DNA of 64,000 nucleotides from Octopus sinensis. Its lineage: Eukaryota. The translations under genes and the position numbers were made by a program. Below, piece after piece: positions 38,960 through 50,985 of this stretch; positions within the stretch are counted from its first letter, which is position 1, and each line of letters opens with the position of its first letter. Under the pieces are notes generated by a model that did not search any database, was not told where the DNA came from, and saw only the letters and a list, made by a program, of their open reading frames with translations. Where the stretch lies: contig NC_042998.1 of assembly GCF_006345805.1 (NCBI RefSeq), forward strand, positions 183,024,001 through 183,088,000, in the 5' to 3' direction.

Positions 38960-39357
38960 TCTTTTACTCTTTTACTTTTACTTGTTTCAGTCATTTGACT
39001 GCGCCCATGCTGGAGCACCGCCTTTAGTCAAGCAAATCGACCCCGGGACTTATTCTTTGTAAGCCCAGTACTTATTCTATCGGTCTCTTTTGCCGAACCG
39101 CTAAGTGATGGGGACGTAAACACACCAGCATCGGTTGTCAAGCAATGCTAGGGGGACAAACACAGACACACAAACATACACACAAATACATATATATATA
39201 TACATATATACGACAGGCTTCTTTCAGTTTCCGTCTACCAAATCCACTCACAAGGCATTGGTCAGAAGACACTTGCCCAAGGTGCCACGCAGTGGGACTG
39301 AACCCGAAACCATGTGGTTAGTAAACAAGCTACTTACCACACAGCCACTCCTGCGCC
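38960..39357 (-). mobile_element. tRNA-derived SINE family C with internal (CA)/(TA) tract
   Basis: acttgtttcagtcatttgactgc..catgctggagcaccgcc..gcagtgggactgaaccc..cacacagccactcctgcgcc. Related copies lie at ~5940-6050, 8750-8880/9325-9530, 18405-18650, 27780-28145, 31270-31440 and 34680-35095. Confidence 0.8.
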
Positions 39358-39379
39358 ATGTATATCATCATCATGCTGA

Positions 39380-39760
39380 CATGATCAGGACAGCTTGACA
39401 TGATTCAAAATGCTAGAGGACAACTTTGAGCTCTAATATCTGTTTTAGCATGGCTTCTGTGGCTGGATGCCCTTCCCACTGCCAACCACTTTACAGAGTA
39501 TACTGGGTGGTATTTTTTTTCATGACACCAGCATCTGTGAGGTTACCAAATAACTTGTAAGACATAGAAAAGATCCCTTGTCTGAGTGGGGTAGTAGTTG
39601 AGAGGGAGGCAGCTTTATATCAGGTGTTGAAAGGCTATGATAGAGGGACAGGCATAGGAGAGACACAGCTACACCACAATATATACAGGTGGAGGGAAGT
39701 AGCTTGAAGGAAGACAAAAATGGTTGTGATGAGGTGTCATAAAGTATCAGTGGCATGATG
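39380..39760 (-). mobile_element. Diverged RTE 3'-end copy
   Basis: ggctggatgcccttcccactgccaaccactttacagag motif. Confidence 0.6.
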
Positions 39761-39841
39761 AACTGTATTCAGTCCACATTGTAAGACATACACAACACCA
39801 AAGTCAGACGCTCTCTGTTACTGTGTGTGCAAGATGACATA

Positions 39842-40077
39842 TTTTTTTCTTTATTGCCCACAAGGGGCTAAACATAGAGGGGACAAACAAGGACAGATAA
39901 ATGGATTAAGTCAATTACATCGACCCCAGTGCGAAACTGGTACTTTATTTATCAACCCCGAAAGGATGAAAGGCAAAGTCGACCTTGGCGGAATTTGAAC
40001 TCAGAACATAACGACAGACGAAATACCGCTAAGCATTTCGCCCAGCGCACTAACATGTCTGCCAGCTTGCCGCCTTG
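39842..40077 (-). mobile_element. SINE family A with 17-bp TSD
   Basis: gtgtgcaagatgacata at 39825-39841 and 40078-40094. Confidence 0.88.
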
Positions 40078-40240
40078 GTGTGCAAGATGACATAGTCCAT
40101 GACAATATCTCCAACCTATTTCAGCTTACAAAAATGGACAAAAGAACTAGAAATTAGACCGTTTTTTTTTTAACCATGTAATAAAAAAAAATAATGTATA
40201 TATTTGTCTATATTCTTTTATACTATGTTTTATTTTATAG

Positions 40241-40399
40241 GTTATGTTTCACGAAACTGAAACTCTTGTTGTTAGCTATTGAAGCACGTCTTGGTGATAG
40301 CAGAGAAAGTTCTCTAGCAATTAACCCAGGACCCAAAATCAAAATAGAAAGAGCAACTCAAGGATTCTTCATTGCAGAATCTGCTGAAGAAGTTAAAAG
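40241..40399 (+). CDS. slo: Slo1 exon: [52 protein letters not shown](R)
   Basis: ttttatag acceptor and AG|gtattt donor. LCFxKLKLLLxAIE ... INPG ... GFFIA motifs present. Phase 2-2. Confidence 0.97.
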
Positions 40400-40868
40400 G
40401 TATTTTCTTTTGCAGTATTCGTATATGTATGTCTCTAATAATCCTCATCTATATAATCATCTTCCATAAACAATCCTCATGTGTCACTCATTACACTGCA
40501 ACATCACACTTTTTACATATAATCTTTTGCATGAAGAAAAATTTCCCAGCCATTACCAGCAGAATTAACAGTTCCCATCCTATATTTAAACATCATCGTC
40601 CTTCTCAACAGCATCCCATCACTTATTACATTTCCTTGTCATTTCATTTGTGAGTTCCAGCTTCCTGAGTTCAACCTTCATCAAGTTTGCCCTTGTCTTC
40701 CTCTTCTATTGAATCCTTCCACATGAATCTCCTGGCACTTTTTCACCCACTTGTCATGATCCATATGCATTATATCTCCATATGAATATAGCTGTTACTC
40801 TTGCAGACTACAGTTGATTCCTCTTATACCCAATTTTTCTCTCGGATTATCTATGCCTTGTCATTTAT

Positions 40869-41289
40869 TATTTCTTTACTGCCCACAAGGGGCTACACAC
40901 AGAGGGGACAAACAAGGACAGACAAATGGATTAAGTCAATTACATCGACCCCAGTGTGCAACTGGTACTTAATATATCGACCCCCGAAAGGATGAAAGGC
41001 AAAGTCAACCTCAGCGGAATTTGAACTCAGAACGTAGCAGCAGACGAAATACCTATTTCTTTACTACCTACCAAGAACTAAACACAAAGAGGACAAACAA
41101 GGACAGACAAACGGATTAAGTCGATTACATCGACCCCAGTGTGCAACTGGTACTTAATTTATCGACCCCCAAAAGGATGAAAGGCAAAGTCGACTTCAGC
41201 GGAATTTGAACTCAGAACATAGCAGCAGACAAAATACTGCTAAGCATTTCGCCCGGCGTGCTAACGTTTCTGCTAGGTTGCCGCCTTCA
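40869..41289 (-). mobile_element. SINE family A head-to-tail dimer within a single TSD
   Basis: Full unit plus a 5'-truncated unit. TSD atgccttgtcatttat at 40853-40868 and 41290-41305. Confidence 0.85.
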
Positions 41290-41305
41290 ATGCCTTGTCA
41301 TTTAT

Positions 41306-42330
41306 GCACAGTAATTATACATATCGAGCATATCACCTCATTTCTTTACAGCCATTGCACATATTTTGCATTCACTACCATGCAATGTCACAGTGTATAC
41401 ACAGACATCATACAATCTACCCTTCACCCAGAAAACAAATCCTATTTTTGTTAGCAGAAGTAATAGCTCCCTGGATGTATTCCAATCTATTCTAATTCTG
41501 GCCACTATGCTTTCAGAACACCCTCCCCAACTGCTGATTAGATCACTTATGTAACAGAAGCCATCAATTACTTCTATAGAGCCTTCTGTGCACTGCAAGG
41601 AATTTATTTTACTGATGTGCTAAGGCCTCTCTACTTCTGTACTTCTACCACAAGCAAAGTCTCTATTCTCTGTCAACCTGTCTTTGATTCCACTACACTT
41701 CTTACACACCCACAGATCACATATTTCTATCCCTACTTCAGGTATTTTCAGAATACTACATTAACCAACTGCTTTTTCAGACTTCATATGCTTAGTAGCC
41801 AATTTGACCACATAGCTATCTATCTCAGTAGCTTCCCTCTACAAATTTTCCATTTTAAACAATCTCTCATAGTGAGTCTATCAGATTCTCTCTCTTCTCA
41901 TCACTCAAGGAAACTGCACCACTATTATTTTGGGCACACTTTTCCCCTGTGATATTTTGGTTTGCTTTGACATTCTGCCTTGTAATTTGGAACACATCAT
42001 GCCTCTAATCCTCCCAGCACTAAACACCAGCAAACCTTCTTTTTCAGCTACTCTCCATGCTATATACACTTGTTATCTAGCTTCTCTTCTAGTAAAATGG
42101 TATTCCTCTTTGGTCCCCAATTTCTTTCAGCCTTGACTTTTAGCATTTAAGGTTCTATTTACAGTGGTATTCCACTAGCATGCTACTTTTTGTTTTGCTG
42201 ATGCTTTGCTCCAACCAGAGATCTGGTCAGTAACTTTCAGCAAATTATCCCACTTGTCCTCCAAGTTATAAGTCTCTATCATGTCCTTTTTGTCATACAT
42301 ATCATCTAGGGTCTATGACCCTATGCAGGG
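41306..42330 (-). mobile_element. Degraded RTE reverse-transcriptase region
   Basis: EVIDGFCYISDLISSWGGCSESIVARIRIDWNTSRELLLLL, collinear with 13912-14409. Confidence 0.8.
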
Positions 42331-42568
42331 ACTCCATAACTATTAGGAACTAAGGAGAAAAATATTTTCAGACTGGTGACTGGCCCATGTGCTGGCCAGC
42401 ATGAACTCTATTGAAGGTACCCAAGGGCCAAGTAATAATGTTAAAGTGGATGATGGATTAAGATTCTCACCTGAGAAGGAGCAGTCCTTCTGGTGGGGTT
42501 CCTCCCAGTTTCCATCTACCAAACTTCCCTCCCAAGGCCTTGTTTGATCAAAGACTATGGTAGAAGGC

Positions 42569-42898
42569 GCGAGGGCGCGTGGCTTAGTGGTTAGGGCATT
42601 CGGCTCATGATCGTAAGGTTGTGAGTTCGATTCCCAGCGACGCGTTGTATCCCTGAGCAAGACACTTTATTTCACGTTGCTCCAGTCCACTCAGCTGGCA
42701 AAAATGAGTTGTACTTGTATTTCAAAGGGTCAGCCTTGTCACTCTCTGTGTCACGCTGATTTTCCCCGAGAACTACGTTAAGGGTACACGTGTCTGTGGA
42801 ATGCTCAGCCATTTGCACGTTAATTTCACGAGCAAGCTGTTCCGTTGATTGTATCAGCTGGGACCCTCGTCGTCGTAACCGGCGGAGTCTTTTTTTTT
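42569..42898 (+). mobile_element. Young tRNA-headed SINE with Meta-like core (family B) and poly-T tail
   Basis: A box TGGCTTAGTGG, B box GTTCGATTCC and ctgagcaagacactttatttcacgttgctccag core. 13-bp TSD tatggtagaaggc (42556-42568 / 42899-42911); CpG-rich. Confidence 0.85.
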
Positions 42899-43164
42899 TA
42901 TGGTAGAAGGCATATGCCTATGATGTCAATCAAGAGTCAACTGTATATCCATGAGCTTCAAAGTAAATTATTAACCACACAGCCATGCATATATCCATCT
43001 AGTTCCAATTTATTATTCTCTGCTATACCAATTAAAATATTTTTTCCAACCTGTCACCCATGAAATTTTCATTTCCATTTCATAATTTAGAAAATCTTGA
43101 ATTTTAATTCAGGTTTCTTTCATTTTAGTATATTTATATATATTTTTTATTGTTGATATTATAG

Positions 43165-43241
43165 GGCTTTCTATTATTGCAAGACTTGCCATGGAGTTGT
43201 GACAGATGTTCGAGCAATTAAAAAATGTCGATGTCGACCAG
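43165..43241 (+). CDS. slo: Slo1 exon with heme-binding CxxCH: [25 protein letters not shown]
   Basis: attatag acceptor and G|gtaggg donor. Homologous to [24 protein letters not shown]. Phase 2-1, 77 nt. Confidence 0.95.
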
Positions 43242-43861
43242 GTAGGGATGTTGTTTTAATTTGCATGTGTCATTATTAATTTCAACATTGTACTAGAAAT
43301 GAAGAGACAAGTTTGTAAGCTGAAAGGAATTTGAAGTATCGTTAATTGTTGTGAATCATAAAGTACATGGTGAAGAATATACAAATGTACAATATTTTAT
43401 TTTGATTTCTTTGTTTTGAGGTTTGGTATATAAATATATATAAGACATACTTCAGTATAATATATTTTTCATATTCTTTGTCATTAATGTGTTTATCTAC
43501 TGTAGACCTCCCACAAGGAGAATATTTTTAAAACACTCAAGTCTCAACTATAAAAATGTTTCAGTTAATCATTATTTAAAATCCACTTCCATTTTTGTAA
43601 TTAATATAAAACGCAATAGTGGTATGTCATCAACCATACTGCATTAGACCTTGATCAAAATAAACTCTCAATGTTTTGATTTAGAGAAAGAGAGGAAATT
43701 ATTAAGTAGTGATATTCCTATTCCCATTCACATGTTATGCAGTTAAATAACCAGACTTCTTGAAAGATATTTCATTTACCATAAAATATGTTTAACAGTC
43801 ACACTTAGGACTACATCTCCAGTTATAACACCATATAATTTCTGAGTATTGTAATTGAATA

Positions 43862-44145
43862 GGCCCATGGCTCGATGGTTAGAGCATCAGGCTCACAATC
43901 ATGAGGCTGTGAGTTCAAATCCTGGACCGGGGTGTGTGTTGTGTTCTTGAGCAAGACACTTTATTTCATGGTGCTCCAGTTTACTCAGCTGTAGAAATGA
44001 GTTGCAACATCATTGGTGCCAAACTGTATTGACCTTTGCCTTGGATAACATTGGTGACATGGAGAGGGGAGTCTGGTATGCATGGATGATTGCTGGTCTT
44101 TCATAAACAAACAACCTTGCCCAAACTTGTGCCTCAGAGGGGAAC
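43862..44145 (+). mobile_element. tRNA-headed SINE family B (alternative 3' tail)
   Basis: Collinear with 50655-50985. Confidence 0.8.
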
Positions 44146-47142
44146 TTTGTATGTGTAATCCTATAGTCATTCATAATCAAAGGGGTCTTTACCCATTTTT
44201 ATTACAACTGAAGTGCACACATTTAAAAATAATTAATGCTTTATTTAAACACATTGTCTCCATTAAAGAATGTTACAATGTCACTTGTTAAACTTTAAAA
44301 AGAATAAACTCCTGTACATTTGGTGGATTCAATACTTTATAGAATCCAAATAGTAGAACAATGTAACTGTTTAAGAATCAATGCAACCAAATTTTTTTCT
44401 GATATAATACAAAGCAATTGTAAAATAATTTCCATCTTTTTGGCCATTTTATTCACTATTTAAATACCCTTGTCTTGACACATGTGACTAAGTTCTTAAA
44501 TATTGTTGTTAATCTGAATCTATAAGCTGTCATCATCTCTTTCACCCCAATTTATTGTTCTTGACCAGTACAATCTGGATTGCAATGGAATACATTATTT
44601 TTTATTTATTTTTGACCCTATTTAAAAAGAAGTCTTGAAAATGTATTAGTAGTGAGAATTATTTGTTTTGTTTTGTTTTTAACTTTTTATGATATCTATC
44701 AATATTCTTTCATTTCTTTTGTAATATCATCTCTGCAGCAACACCATCCAATACTGTATGGCACTATTTTCACTTTAGGTTATAAGAACTGTCTGAGCAA
44801 GTTATGCCACTTCTTCTCAAACTTCATACATTTCAAACAGTACCGTTTTCTTCAATGTTTTCATAAATTTCTCTCATATAATACCACTTCTTTAAGTAAA
44901 CATTAAATTTTCACTAAATATCTCATTCATTTTCACTGAAGCAAAACATACTTTTCTTTTTTTTTTTTTCTTTTGTTACCAAAATTCAGTATTTCCAAAC
45001 CTTTCATGTGAAATTATCTGCATACAATATGATAATGATAAGAAATGCCTCCACTCAATTTTTTCAGTAGAAAATCATGTAAATTTTACAGTATAAACTC
45101 AGACATGTTTTAATAAAATACATAATAAGTTAAGTAAATATTTTAAGTTTATAAAAACACTTTCATATGCTGAACAACTAGAATAAAGAATTTTTTGTGT
45201 TATGCTTATTGATTCCATGTGTTTTATCTAATATTAAGAAAAATCTCTTTCCTTTCTTTCTCAAATATTAACAATTTTTATTTGTTGCTAATATGAAAAA
45301 TTCTACCATCAAAAACAGCAGCTATTTTAGTTCATCTTCTCACCTAATGCTAACTTATTCTATGGTGTAATAATGGCAGCAGAATACAAAAAGCTTACAA
45401 ATAGAAAGAATTATTCTTAGTGAAAAATATATTGTACTAACAATGAGACTGAAATCTTTCAACTGCATTATCTAGAAATGAATTGTATAAGCCATATCAA
45501 TGAAAAACCCTAAATATTGAGAGAAAGCAAGAAGCATTTAAATGTTTATCTTCATTAATCATATGACAGATAAGAAGCTCGTGTTATCAAATTAAAACAA
45601 AAATTAGAGATAATTCAACATGAAATTGTCTATATATTTGGAACTAGTTTGCTATTTATTATAGATAGTCTAGTTGAATAAACAGATAACTAGTCTTCTG
45701 CCAATGAGTAAACCTTTTACATGGTTGCTTATTCTGCTAGAAATAGTAACCAAATTGCCAAACATCATTTTCTAGCCTGAAAAAAAAGAAGAGCATATTG
45801 GACAATGTTGGATAATGTAGACTTAGATAGACTGGTTACTACTGGAACATATTTGGCCATAGGTTTGTTTTAGTCTGTGATCACCTAGAGCTAGACAACA
45901 ACAAAAAATGACCAGTCATTAATAAGTATATACAGGGACAGAAAATATTTCAGTTCTAGCCTGCTGCTGAATTTATATCAAGCACAAATATCCACTACCC
46001 TGGAATATGACTCAAATATATGAATGATGCTCTTTACCATATACACACATATCAGCCAATGAACAGACTCTCTATGTGATCACTCAACATGCTTGAAATG
46101 GCAGTTAGATATTATTCAAATCACACCCTGATGACCTACAGAATATAAAGACAATAATGTCATCTTAGATGCCTTGAAACAGTTGGATTGGTCATGGCTT
46201 GCGTGCCTTTGGTCATGGCTTGAGTGCCTTTGATCACAGGTCTGCTTAATTGGGGTGACATGGAACTAAACAATAATATACACATTCTAGATTGCATACT
46301 TCTCTACAAGAAAGCTATTTTATAGATAAGACTTCACTCATGAGTGCTCTACAACATCTAACTCCATTATCATTCTTCTGCCATTGCAATGCAAAAGTTT
46401 CTACTCTGCATATGCAGTACCCTTAGCTTGACCATCAGAACAGAATGACTAGTCCTTTGACTTCATCTAACTATCTCCAACCATCATCACAGAAGAGCAT
46501 TGTTGATACTCAGACTAAGAATTAGAAACATACAAATATATGTCTGCGCATGTGTGTGTGTGTGTATACACACCCTCACACCTATAGATAAATATCTATG
46601 TACATATATATTCATATATAGATACATATAAATAGCACAGTATTCACTTGATAGTAATTATAGAAGACAAAGTAAATTAATCATAATGTGTATATCATTG
46701 TGACATTGACTAGCTATGTCATAAAATTTAACAACCAGAATAACAGGCAAATCAATAATACACCATAAACTTCTATGTATAACCCTTCATCATATTTTAT
46801 TGCTGCTAGCTATTCATTGCAAATCTATCTCTTCTCAGATTCTTCTCATACTGTTTCCATTATAACATAATAAAAAAAAATATTCTTTTACTTACAGCAT
46901 GCTTTTTTTATTTTTAACATTTCATTTATTCAAATGGTGTTTTAAATATTTCATAGATCCATCAAATTTTCATTAATTCATATTTATATATATATATATA
47001 TTTATATTTTCCTATTAATATAGTATAACTTAATTTCCTGATTCTATTAACCAACTGAAGTCCCAGACTTGAACAATTATGGAGTATTGATTAAGATAAC
47101 CATACTTATTATTGTTTTCAAATTTCTTTTTCCCTCTCACAG

Positions 47143-47178
47143 TTGCATTATTCCGAAAAGGAGCATCCGCAGTTCTAG
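47143..47178 (+). CDS. slo: Slo1 36-nt linker exon: (V)ALFRKGASAVL(x)
   Basis: Strong tract tttctttttccctctcacag and CTAG|gtagag donor. Symmetric phase 1-1. The peptide resembles the insect Slo segment LATFRKGVRAVQ that follows KKCKCK (recalled homology). Confidence 0.8.
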   Translation: MHYSEKEHPQF

Positions 47179-47244
47179 GTAGAGTGTAATATTATCTTAT
47201 CTGTCACTGTTAGCAATCAACTCAGTCAAACTATTTCTCTTAGT

Positions 47245-47750
47245 GCTAACAACAGACTCTGTTGGGTCATACTTGTTAATGATAGTAAACAGTCTTCATT
47301 GGGTCGTTGCATCTAATGGTAACAACAGATTCTTTTGCACCATCCCATCAAAAATGTAATTATAGATTCTGTTGGGCCATTCCACATAATGGTAACAACA
47401 GATTCTTTTGGGTCATCCTATCTCAAAAATGTAATAACAGACTCTGTTGGGTCATTCTACCTAATGGTAACAACAGACTCTATAGAGTTATACTCCTGAA
47501 TGATAACTTGGGCCTCTATTCAGCCATTTCAACTGGTGGGAACAATAGACTCTGTTGAACCATTTCCAATGCTCAGAACTGACACTGTGCAGCTGTTTCA
47601 TCTAATGATAGCTTCAGTCAGTGTTGAGCGATTTCATATAATGGTAACAACAGGTTTTGTTTGGCCATTCCTCCTAATGGTTAAAAAACAGCCTCTGTTG
47701 GACCAATCTTCTTCTCATTAGCATTAACAGAATCTGTTCAACTACTTTCT
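47245..47750. repeat. Degenerate ~36-40-bp minisatellite (about 13-14 units)
   Basis: Recurrent aatggtaacaacagactctgttgggtcat with progressive decay. Confidence 0.8.
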
Positions 47751-48299
47751 TTCTCTTTAGCTGCTTCTTTTCTTAACTAAAATAATGACTTCGGATATTT
47801 TAATTTGGGAAAACTCTTTTATTTTATCTATTTGTTGCTTTCAGTATGATTCATTTATTGGATTATTGGCACATATATCGATTTTAAGAATACCTAAGCT
47901 GGCGTCTACTCATTTATATTCCTGATAAGGACTCATTTTCTTATGGCATTTTTTTCATGATTCATATAAAAATACTAATACACAACTACAGAAATTTTAA
48001 CTATTTTTTTGCTTTCATTTTAAACTTATCCATCCATAGATAACTTATTATGAGGAATTCAGTTCTATAAATCTTTGAAGAACAATCTCAGTTTTTCTCT
48101 AAGATGTGCCAGTAAAACTTGTAAATGACTTTAGTATTTCTTATATGTCACAAAGTCTGGTCCATTGATATTTGTCGCTGCTGTGCATTATGTATTTCTT
48201 ATTGTACTTTTGTTTCTTTTCTAAAGGTGAACTTTTTTATTCGCTTTCGGTATTTTCATTTCTGTTATTTGTCTTGTCGTTCCATAATTAAGTGTATAT

Positions 48300-48560
48300 G
48301 CGAACATATAAATACAAACATATACATACATACACACACATACACACACATAAATACATACACACACATATAAATATACATAAATACATACACACACACA
48401 TGCATACACACATACATACATACATACACACTCACATACATACACACTCACATACATACACACATACATACATACATACATGCATACTACACACATACAT
48501 ACATACATACACATGCACATACATACATACATGCATGCATGCATGCATACACACATACAG

Positions 48561-48602
<42 letters not shown>

Positions 48603-48635
48603 ACACACATACATATATACATACATACATACAAT
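48300..48635. repeat. Compound (CATA)n/(CA)n/(CATG)n microsatellite
   Basis: Direct reading. It explains the low-complexity MYVC/THTH ORFs in the track. Confidence 0.95.
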
Positions 48636-49476
48636 GTATGTAATTAGGCCTTTCTGCACTATTCAGAGTTTCATGTAATAGATATTTCATCATAAGATGT
48701 GTATAATGTGAAACTCCAAGTAGCAGTGCAAAAGGCACCAATCAACTACATTAAATAATTCTATAGTACTGAGTACTCTTTCTCTCATTCATGACTGTAT
48801 GTATATATATATATTGAATAGCCTGTTTGTATTCTCATTCACAGTGATATTGTATAAGAACATCTTTGTGTGTAAAGACACTGATATGTACACTTGTATT
48901 TATAAAAAGAAATCATTCTATATGAATACTATGCACCTTTGACATTCTGCATCATATGTATGTCTCTTCATAGTAACTTGAATTTGTTTGTTTTTGGGGG
49001 GTTTTTTTTCATTGTTTACTTGAATTTTTTTTATATATTTATCTTTCATTTATTGTCCCAACTCTTCCCAAAATGTTCTTGTCTTTTTGGGAGTTTCTTC
49101 TCCAAACTTCATGAAAATACCTTACTCTATTTGCATTTAAATCTCATCAAAAACAACTTTATCTTTCATCCTTTAAGGAAGATTGATAAATTAAGTAGCA
49201 GGCAAATACTGAGGTTGACTCAATAGGAAACACCTTTCCCCAAATGTATGGCTGTGGTTGCCTGTTTAAGAAATTATTCCAATGAACAGAATATGTGGGA
49301 CAGGGGAAAAAATGCTTTCCAGTATTTATTCTGGTTCTCTAACTTCTAATTCCAAATTCCATACCAGTCACCTTTGCCTTTTATTCTTCTGAGGTTGATA
49401 GAATAAAATACTAGTCATATGTTAAGATCTATGTTATCAATTGTTCCTCCTTATTATTATTGTTATTATTATTAGA

Positions 49477-49955
49477 TCCCCAGCATTGAAGCCATGCTAC
49501 TGAAGTCCCACCTCCGATGGGCAGGGCATGTCTCCAGAATGGAGAACCATCGCCTTCCTAAGATTGCCCTGTTTGGCGAACTCTCCACCGGCCACACTGA
49601 GTGAGAGGAGCTCCAAGGAAGCGCTACAAAGACTGCCTCAAGAAGTCTCTAACAGTATGTCATATTAACCACCAATGCTGGTCAGACCTGGCTGCAGACC
49701 GTGATGTCTGGCGCCACATGATCTTCAACGCAGTCAGCAAGTTTGAGGAACAAAGAAGAGATGCACTTAAGGACAAGAGATGCAGGAGGAAGGCACGGGC
49801 CGTCTCTGACACCACACCGGATGTTACCTTCGTCTGTGGACACTGCTCACAGACCTGCCTTTCCCATATCGGACTTGTCAGTCATGAGCGTGCATGCACA
49901 TGACGTGGACAGCCTTCCTGATCTTCGTTCATGAAGCGAGCCATGATGATGATGA
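49477..49955 (+). mobile_element. RTE-BovB-like LINE 3' end with C-terminal C2H2 finger
   Basis: SIEAMLLKSHLRWAGHVSRMENHRLPKIALFGEL..RGAPRKRYKDCLK..FVCGHCSQTCLSHIGLVSHERAC, ending in a (GAT)n tail. Confidence 0.85.
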
Positions 49956-49974
49956 GTAGTAGTAGTAATAATAA

Positions 49975-50390
49975 TAATAAGGCAGAATCATTAGCACACC
50001 AGGCAAAATGCTTAGTGGTATTTTGTTCATCTTTAGGTTCTGAGTTCAAGGTCAACTTTGCCTTTCATCCTTTCAAGGTTGATAAATCAAGTATCACTCA
50101 AGTACTGAAGTCAGTGGAATCAACTTACCCTCTTCCTACAAATTTCAGGCTTTGTGCCTATAGTAGAAAGGATTATTATTTTTCTTTTTAAAGAGCTGAA
50201 GGATTGGTAGAATCATTAGAGCTTTGGACAAAATGCCTTGGGGTAATTAGTTCCTGATCTTTACATTCTGAGTTCAAATCCTGCTACAGTCAATTTTGCC
50301 TTTCAGAGTCAATAAATCAGAATGCCAATGAAGTATCGAGGTTGATGTAATTGACTATTTCCCTCACCTCTAATTTGATGTTTTTTGCCT
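49975..50390 (+). mobile_element. Two diverged SINE family A copies
   Basis: ggcagaatcattagc..ttctgagttcaa..ttttgcctttca twice; a third diverged copy lies at ~51036-51225. Confidence 0.65.
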
Positions 50391-50654
50391 TTGGAAGAAA
50401 TCATTTTAATTATTACTATTAGAGCAGTGAGTTAGCTGAAGCATTTGTGTCAGAAACAGTGCAACACAATATTTCTTCCTACTCTTATGTTCCGAGTTCA
50501 ATCTCTTCTGAAGTCAGTTTTACCTTTCCTCCTTTTGGGTTTGATAAAATAAAGTATCAGCCAAGTTCTGGGTTTGGTGGTATCAGCCAAATCCCTACTT
50601 CTGAAATTGCTGGCCTTATGCCAAAATTTGAAACCATTAATTATTATTATTGTG

Positions 50655-50985
50655 AAGGCGCATGGCTCAGTGGTTAGAGCGTCGAACTTACAACCGTCAG
50701 GTTGTGAGTTCGAATCCCAGACCGAGCTGCATGTTGTGTTCTTGAGCAAGACACTTTATTTCACGTTGCTCCAGTTTACTCAGCTGTAGAAATGAGTTGC
50801 GATGTCAATGGTGCCAAGCTGTATCAGCCTTTGCCTTTCTCTTGGATAACATCGGTGGCATGGAGAGGGGAGGCTGGTATGCATGGGCAACTGTTGGCCT
50901 TCCATAAACAACCTTGCCCGGACTTGCGCCGGGAGGGTAACTTTCTAGGTGCAATCCCACGGTCATTCATGACCGAAGGGGTCTC
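50655..50985 (+). mobile_element. tRNA-headed SINE family B (alternative 3' tail)
   Basis: A/B boxes and the same core as 42569, with a different tail shared with 43862-44140. A further partial copy is at 28485-28640. Confidence 0.8.

Noticed and set aside
42573-42645. tRNA genes at SINE heads (also 43862, 50657, 28485)
   Set aside because: A/B boxes are present but there is no complete acceptor stem, and each continues into a SINE body, one with a TSD.
47245-47750. CRISPR-like array (palindromic repeat with variable spacers)
   Set aside because: Eukaryotic intron with no cas genes. The spacers are only ~8-10 nt and related, and the repeats are heavily degenerate, so this is a minisatellite.
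48221-48741. Long ORFs such as MYVCMY.., THTHT.., YIYIY.., HHHH..
   Set aside because: These are translations of microsatellites, and the same applies to most ORFs in the supplied track.
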